Below the pieces are notes generated by a model that was not told the DNA's origin, did no database searches, and was given only the letters and a program-made list of their open reading frames with translations. A stretch of 64,000 nt of DNA, from contig SLGY01000011.1 of assembly GCA_007136425.1 (NCBI GenBank), positions 5,559 to 69,558 of the forward strand. Reading direction: 5' to 3'. A program made the position numbers and the translations under genes. Origin of the DNA: Kiritimatiellia bacterium. GTDB taxonomy: Bacteria > Verrucomicrobiota > Kiritimatiellia > SLAD01. Position 1 is the stretch's first letter. The number at the start of each line of letters is the position of its first letter. Of the stretch, positions 58,651 to 64,000 are shown one piece after another.

Positions 58651-59391
58651 TTAGCGGGAAACGCGCAACTGTTTCCACATCCGCCGGTCCGCTCCGGTGG
58701 TGAACAGCGATAGCGCGGTTTCAAGCACGGACGCGGAGTTCAGCCGTTCTCCGCCGATCAACGCCTGATTATATCCGCGTGGAGCGGTGATGGCTGCCGT
58801 CTCTTTGAATTCGCGTGACCAGGCTTCGCGCGTTTCGCGCAACACGGCGCGGTGGGGTGTGTCGGTAATCATGTTGACGGCCACAATCCCGTCATCGCGA
58901 AGCAGACGGCGATACTGCATAATCATGGTCCGGTCCACGGACGCGGGGCGATACACGTCCGTTGCGCCCGACAAATAGAGGTCGTCCAGCACCACATCGA
59001 AGCGCTTGCGGGTTTTTCGTAGATAGGCATAGGCGTCGCCGATATGCAGGTCCACCGTCTCAAGATCGAGATGCATATGCCTTACGGCGATGTCCACCAG
59101 CTTGCCATCCAACTCGACCGCTGTAATTCGTGCACGGGGAACCAAGTGGCGGAGAATGCGAACCATGGTGCCGCCCGCCAGGCCGAGCAGCAGGATGCGT
59201 CCCGGTTGGCCGCTGGAATGCAACAGCGCGGCGGCGCTCAGGGCGTCCCATGAATAGCCGGTCAAGAGCTGTTCCGGATGCCACGACGCGAAAGTCGCAC
59301 CCTCGACCTCCATATCGAGACGACGCCCGTTCTGCGTAACGCGTCCGACATTGTAAGGCGTTGCGAACGTATGTATGGATCTTGACTTCAT
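58651..59391 (-). CDS. spermidine synthase-like class I SAM-dependent methyltransferase-fold protein
   Basis: ILLLGLAGGT...ITAVELD...VVLDDLY pattern of the PABS/methyltransferase fold; N-terminal part of the track ORF (to 59583) is treated as a spurious extension. Confidence 0.6.
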   Translation of the reverse strand: MKSRSIHTFATPYNVGRVTQNGRRLDMEVEGATFASWHPEQLLTGYSWDALSAAALLHSSGQPGRILLLGLAGGTMVRILRHLVPRARITAVELDGKLVDIAVRHMHLDLETVDLHIGDAYAYLRKTRKRFDVVLDDLYLSGATDVYRPASVDRTMIMQYRRLLRDDGIVAVNMITDTPHRAVLRETREAWSREFKETAAITAPRGYNQALIGGERLNSASVLETALSLFTTGADRRMWKQLRVSR

Positions 59392-59551
59392 CGCGCCACT
59401 CTTTCGCGGACGGCGCGGAACTGTCAAGCGCGCCATTAAATCATTGTCAGAGCAAGGGCTTTTTCGTATCAAAGTGGGGACCGCCCGTCCCGACAACATT
59501 ATGTTGATGAATGACGTACGACCAAAGAGAAAGGGAAAAGACTGAGCTATC

Positions 59552-61585
59552 ATGAAAGATATTGAAATCACCAATGTACGCAACTTTGCACTTCTCGGTC
59601 ATACCGGCAGCGGAAAGACCACGCTGCTTGACGCCATTCTTTTCAAGCTGGGCGCGAACGACCGGCAAGGCTCGCCGGAGAACGGTACCAGCGCCGCCGA
59701 TTGGATGGACGAGGAAAAGGCCCGCAAGATCACGATGTGGGCAAAGTCTTTCGATGTCGTCTACACGACTCGCGGGGGGCGCCGAATGGAGCTGGTGGCG
59801 ATGGACACGCCGGGATACGCGGATTTCTATGGGCAGGTGCTTTCGGCGACGGCCGTGGCGGACGCCGGTGTTATTGCCGTGGATGCGGTCTCCGGTGTGC
59901 AGGTCGGGACCCAACGCTCCTGGAAACGATGTGACACACAGGGCTTGCCTCGCGCCATTGTTGTTACCGGAATTGACAAGGAGAACGCCGACTTTTACGG
60001 GGTATTGAATTCCATCCAGGAGTTATGGGGCAATCAGTGTGTCCCGGTTGTTATCCCGACGCTCGACCATAAACAAGTGATCGATGTCATGGCGGCCAAG
60101 GAACTCCCGGACGACATCGCCGATCGCGCGCGGGAAATGAAAGGCGCGCTGGTCGAGTACGCCGCCGAGACGGACGATGCCTTGATCGAAAAGTATCTGG
60201 GCGGCGAGGAGTTGACGGCCCAGGAAATCGCGGCGGGTTTGCACGGCGCGGTTCATGACGGGAATCTGGTCCCGGTCTTTGCCGTATCGGCCAAGACGAA
60301 TGCCGGTGTGGAAGACCTGTTGGAAGGCATTTCTCTGCTGTTGCCCTCACCGCCGGAACGGCCCGTGAAGGATGCGAATGGTAATGAGGTGAATGTGGCG
60401 CCCGACGCCCCGTTCGCCGGATTTGTCTGGCGCTCGTTAAACGATCCGTTCACTGGGCAAAACACCTTCGTCCGCGTGTACGGGGGCACCTTGAAGGCCG
60501 GGCAGGAGATATTCAACATCACCAAGGGACAGAAGGAAAAAGTCGGGCACCTGATGATCATCAACGGGAAGAAACAGGAGGAAATCCCGGCGGCCCATGC
60601 GGGTGACGTGGTGGCGATTCCCAAACTGAAAGGAACCGGACTGAATGATTCGCTCTGCGCGGTCGGGGAGGAGATCGGCTTCAAAGAAATCGAATTCCCA
60701 TCGCCAACGACGGCTTATGCCGTCACAGCCAAGAAGCAGGGTGATGAGGATAAATTGGCCACGGCGCTGCATCGGGTGGCCGATGAGGATCCGACCATCC
60801 AGGTGGAACGCAACAATGACACGAACGAAATGATCCTCTCCGGCTTGGGCGATCAGCAGTTGGAAGCGGCGGTCCAGCGGATGAAGGAACGAAATCATGT
60901 CGAAGTGGAACTGAATACGCCGAGTGTGGCCTATCGGGAGACGGTGACAGCCATGGGCGAGGGGCACCACAAGCATAAGAAACAGTCCGGCGGTCGCGGT
61001 CAGTACGGCGAGGTCTATTTACGCGTGGAGCCCCGCGAGCCGGACGACGAAGAATGGTTTGTCAACGCCATCGTGGGCGGGGTGATCCCGGGCAACTTCA
61101 TTCCAGCGGTGCAAAAGGGCTTACAGGAAGGACTGCAACGGGGCGCCGTGGCGCGTTATCCGGTCATGAACGTCAAGATTACCGTCTACGATGGATCATA
61201 TCATGATGTCGATTCGTCCGAGGTGGCCTTCAAGATCGCGGCCGCGCGCGCGTTGACGGACGGGATGAGCAAGGCGAAAGCGGTTCTGCTCGAGCCGGTC
61301 ATGAAGATCAAGGTATCGATTCCGGATCAGTTCATGGGCGATATTACCGGGGACCTCAATCATAAGCGCGGACGAATCCTGGGTGTTGACAGTGCAGACG
61401 GCATGCAAAACATCACCGCCGAGGTGCCGCAAGCGGAAGTGTTCCGCTATTCGTCCGAATTGCGCAGCATGACGGGAGGCCGAGGCAATTTCGAGATGGA
61501 ATTTGCTCGGTACGAAGCGGTACCGGCGAATATCGCGCAGAAAGTCGCCGCCATGCGGCAAAAGGAACAGTCCGGAGAGGAATGA
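59552..61585 (+). CDS. elongation factor G-like GTPase (EF-G paralog with divergent G motifs)
   Basis: Five-domain EF-G architecture; G1 reads GHTGSGKTT, G3 DTPG, G4 region TGIDK instead of NKxD. Confidence 0.8.
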   Translation: MKDIEITNVRNFALLGHTGSGKTTLLDAILFKLGANDRQGSPENGTSAADWMDEEKARKITMWAKSFDVVYTTRGGRRMELVAMDTPGYADFYGQVLSATAVADAGVIAVDAVSGVQVGTQRSWKRCDTQGLPRAIVVTGIDKENADFYGVLNSIQELWGNQCVPVVIPTLDHKQVIDVMAAKELPDDIADRAREMKGALVEYAAETDDALIEKYLGGEELTAQEIAAGLHGAVHDGNLVPVFAVSAKTNAGVEDLLEGISLLLPSPPERPVKDANGNEVNVAPDAPFAGFVWRSLNDPFTGQNTFVRVYGGTLKAGQEIFNITKGQKEKVGHLMIINGKKQEEIPAAHAGDVVAIPKLKGTGLNDSLCAVGEEIGFKEIEFPSPTTAYAVTAKKQGDEDKLATALHRVADEDPTIQVERNNDTNEMILSGLGDQQLEAAVQRMKERNHVEVELNTPSVAYRETVTAMGEGHHKHKKQSGGRGQYGEVYLRVEPREPDDEEWFVNAIVGGVIPGNFIPAVQKGLQEGLQRGAVARYPVMNVKITVYDGSYHDVDSSEVAFKIAAARALTDGMSKAKAVLLEPVMKIKVSIPDQFMGDITGDLNHKRGRILGVDSADGMQNITAEVPQAEVFRYSSELRSMTGGRGNFEMEFARYEAVPANIAQKVAAMRQKEQSGEE

Positions 61586-61650
61586 TCAGGTTTCGCTTAA
61601 GTGCGGACCAGGGAATTCCAGCCGGGAGCGCGGGAGGTTGATGCGGACTT

Positions 61651-62403
61651 ATGAGTGGACACAGTAAATGGTCGACCATCAAGCATAAAAAAGCCGCCAC
61701 GGACGCTAAACGTGGCAAGATATTCAGTAAGCTCGCAAAAGAGATGATGATTGTGGCGCGACAGGGGGGTGGTGATCCGGGCACGAACATCACCTTGCGG
61801 ACCTTGATCCAGAAAGCGCGTGCGGTGAATATGCCCGCCGACAATATCGACCGGGCGATCAAGAAAGGCACCGGCGAGCTGGAAGGCGAGCAGATGGAGG
61901 AAATCACGTATGAGGGTTATGCCCAGGGAGGCATTGCCATCATTGTGCAGGCCCTGACGGACAACCGGAACCGGACGGCGTCCGAAGTCAGACATGTGTT
62001 TACCAAACACAACGGCAGTCTTGCGGGTCAGGGAAGCGTGGCGCGCACCTTCAATCGCAAGGGGGTTATTCAGGTCGGCAGTCAGGCCGTCAACGAAGAC
62101 GAACTCTTCGAATTGGCGCTTGAATGCGGGGCGGAAGACATGACCAACGAAGGAGATTACTACGAAATCGTCACCGGAACCGCGGAATATCCGGATGTAT
62201 TGAACCGGTTGGAAGAGCGCGGGGTGGCGGTGGAGCAATCGGAATTGACGTTGTTGCCTGAAACGTACATGCCTGTTACCGATGCCGGACAGGCGGCCGG
62301 GCTGCTGAGATTCGTTGAGGCGCTGGAAGATTTGGACGACGTGCAAAACGTCTATGCCAATTTCGATATCCCGGACGATGTAATGGCGTCCCTGAACGAT
62401 TAG
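61651..62403 (+). CDS. YebC/PmpR-family DNA-binding transcriptional regulator
   Basis: MSGHSKWSTIKHKKAATDAKRGKIFSKL signature. Confidence 0.92.
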   Translation: MSGHSKWSTIKHKKAATDAKRGKIFSKLAKEMMIVARQGGGDPGTNITLRTLIQKARAVNMPADNIDRAIKKGTGELEGEQMEEITYEGYAQGGIAIIVQALTDNRNRTASEVRHVFTKHNGSLAGQGSVARTFNRKGVIQVGSQAVNEDELFELALECGAEDMTNEGDYYEIVTGTAEYPDVLNRLEERGVAVEQSELTLLPETYMPVTDAGQAAGLLRFVEALEDLDDVQNVYANFDIPDDVMASLND

Positions 62404-62405
62404 TC

Positions 62406-62912
62406 GTGCCGAAACCAATCAGAGTCTTGGGCGTTGATACCTCCCTGCGATCGACGGGCGTGGGTGTGGTTGATACCGTCGGATCTCAATACAAGGCGGT
62501 TACGTGGGGTCTGATTAAGAATCCGTCTGCCCGTCCGCATACGGCGTGTCTTGCGCATCTGTTTGAGGAATTGGTCGGGGTAATTCGCCGCGACAAACCC
62601 ATGGCGGCCGCTGTGGAAGGGATATTCTTCAGCAAGAACGTGCGTACGGCCGTGACGCTGGGGCAAGCGCGGGGTGTCGTGTTGGCCGCGTGCGCCATGG
62701 AGGGCGTCCCCGTATACGAATATTCGCCGCGTTCCGTCAAACAGTCAGTAGTCGGAAACGGCAACGCGCATAAAACACAGATCTCCCGTATGGTGCGCGT
62801 CCTGCTCGGTTTAGCCGAAACGCCGGAAGAAGACGCCGCCGACGCCTTGGCCATGGCCCTCTGCCATCTTCACCACCATGGCCGCCCCGGAACACGCAAC
62901 AATCCCATCTGA
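62406..62912 (+). CDS. ruvC: crossover junction endodeoxyribonuclease RuvC
   Basis: RVLGVDTSLRSTGVGVV (RNase H fold, catalytic Asp), classical yebC-ruvC linkage; GTG start. Confidence 0.9.
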   Translation: MPKPIRVLGVDTSLRSTGVGVVDTVGSQYKAVTWGLIKNPSARPHTACLAHLFEELVGVIRRDKPMAAAVEGIFFSKNVRTAVTLGQARGVVLAACAMEGVPVYEYSPRSVKQSVVGNGNAHKTQISRMVRVLLGLAETPEEDAADALAMALCHLHHHGRPGTRNNPI

Positions 62913-63006
<94 letters not shown>

Positions 63007-63343
63007 CGCCTTCGTTACACTACGGCGTGACATGCCCCACTGCGTTCGCCGCGCTGTCTTCGTGGCGAGCCACTTCCGCCTTCGCCAAGGCTACGGCGGA
63101 CAGGCAGCCATCTCTCCAAAAGGTGGGATCACGATAGTGCAGGGCGTCGTATGGTGCAAGCAGAATGGCATACCAGCCTTTTGAAAATCGCCTGTTCCCG
63201 GGCCGGATACGGAAACGCTTTCGCGCGGGTAACCGTGTGACGATAGGTGTTTAACGGATTATAGACGATGGGCGATCAAACGAACCCCTCCCAAACACTC
63301 CGTTATTGATCCGTTTCTGGTGTGGCTGCATAGTGATGCCGTT

Positions 63344-64000
63344 ATGAATTGGAAGGACTTCTTTGACTCCCTCGGCTTGAACGGGACCAAGTGGCAGTGG
63401 CGTATCATGCGCTGGGAACGAGCCTGGAAAGACCGGTCGGAAACGGCGCGTCAGCGCCGTAGCCAAGTGACCTATCGCCATAAATTCTGTTCCTGCGGGG
63501 CCTTGCTGGATCGAGACGAACGTGTCTGTCCCCATTGCGGGAAACGGGCCCCTTCCTGGCGGGCGCAGGTGGTGAGCCGGGCAGTCGGTTTGGTGATCCC
63601 TTCGGCATTGGCGGTGTCGAGCACGTTGTTGATCGTTAACGCGATGATTTTTGTGCTGGTCGTGGCGATCGCCGGAGCTTCGGCGCTTTTCGCGCCGCCG
63701 GGCGAGTTGCTTGTGCGTATGGGCAGTCTCGTTCCTGTGTTTGTGTATCAGGGCGAATTCAGTCGTCTGCTGACTTACGGCTATCTTCATGCGGGCATTA
63801 TTCATTTGGCTTTCAACATGTTTGTCCTTTCGCAAGTGGGGCCCATGCTCGAGCAGGAAATCGGCAAGGCGCGTTTCTTTACGCTCTATACCTTGGCGCT
63901 GCTGGGCGGTGCGGTCGCCCGGCTGATCGTCAGCGGTCCGGCGCCGATGCAGGTTGTCGGCGCTTCCGGCGCCATGTTCGGCTTGATCGGTTTCGGTATT
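63344..64000 (+). CDS. rhomboid-family intramembrane serine protease with N-terminal zinc-ribbon (partial, continues beyond the window)
   Basis: CSCG...CPHCG zinc ribbon, then TM segments with GYLHAGIIHLAFNM and GASGAMFGLIG (catalytic Ser region). Confidence 0.75.
   Translation, partial: MNWKDFFDSLGLNGTKWQWRIMRWERAWKDRSETARQRRSQVTYRHKFCSCGALLDRDERVCPHCGKRAPSWRAQVVSRAVGLVIPSALAVSSTLLIVNAMIFVLVVAIAGASALFAPPGELLVRMGSLVPVFVYQGEFSRLLTYGYLHAGIIHLAFNMFVLSQVGPMLEQEIGKARFFTLYTLALLGGAVARLIVSGPAPMQVVGASGAMFGLIGFGI

Overview
This is a ~64 kb segment of a high-GC (about 62%) chromosome from a diderm (Gram-negative) bacterium. The OMP ending in F, the LptF/G permease, the lipoproteins, and the Bacteroidota/Chlorobiota-like rnf order B-CDGEA support the diderm call; a finer taxonomic placement cannot be made from sequence alone.

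Feature order along the window:
- Housekeeping genes: leuB (truncated), bioA, frr, pyrH.
- An anaerobic redox/energy island:
  - a group-3 bidirectional [NiFe]-hydrogenase operon, hoxY-hoxH-hoxW-hoxE-hoxF-hoxU, in which HoxF is fused to a GltD-like FAD/NADPH module;
  - an AbiEi/AbiEii toxin-antitoxin pair;
  - the full maturation set hypA-B-F-C-D-E;
  - a plant-type ferredoxin-NADP reductase;
  - an rnf operon with a giant 1644-aa pyruvate:ferredoxin oxidoreductase gene inserted between rnfB and rnfCDGEA;
  - a second FNR paralog.
- Osmoprotectant genes: a BCCT transporter, an OMP, proVWX and mscS.
- Housekeeping genes: xdhC-like, folD, lptF/G-like, rph, trxA, mutY, acyP.
- tRNA-Leu(CAG) followed by a second AbiEi/AbiEii pair.
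- Envelope and assorted genes: amidase, TPR protein, EEP-family protein, HAD hydrolases, lipoproteins, CBS protein.
- An EF-G-like GTPase, yebC-ruvC, tRNA-Ser(GCT) and the start of a rhomboid protease.

Non-coding signals worth a second look:
- a regularly phased array of four identical 17-bp inverted-repeat boxes at the bioA start;
- a family of heptanucleotide tandem repeats (CTGAACA-like and others), concentrated upstream of hyp, por, rnfC and fpr genes;
- two structured elements with 17-18-bp terminal inverted repeats, one between hypC and hypD and one in the islet next to tRNA-Leu;
- palindromic operator candidates at both abiE promoters.
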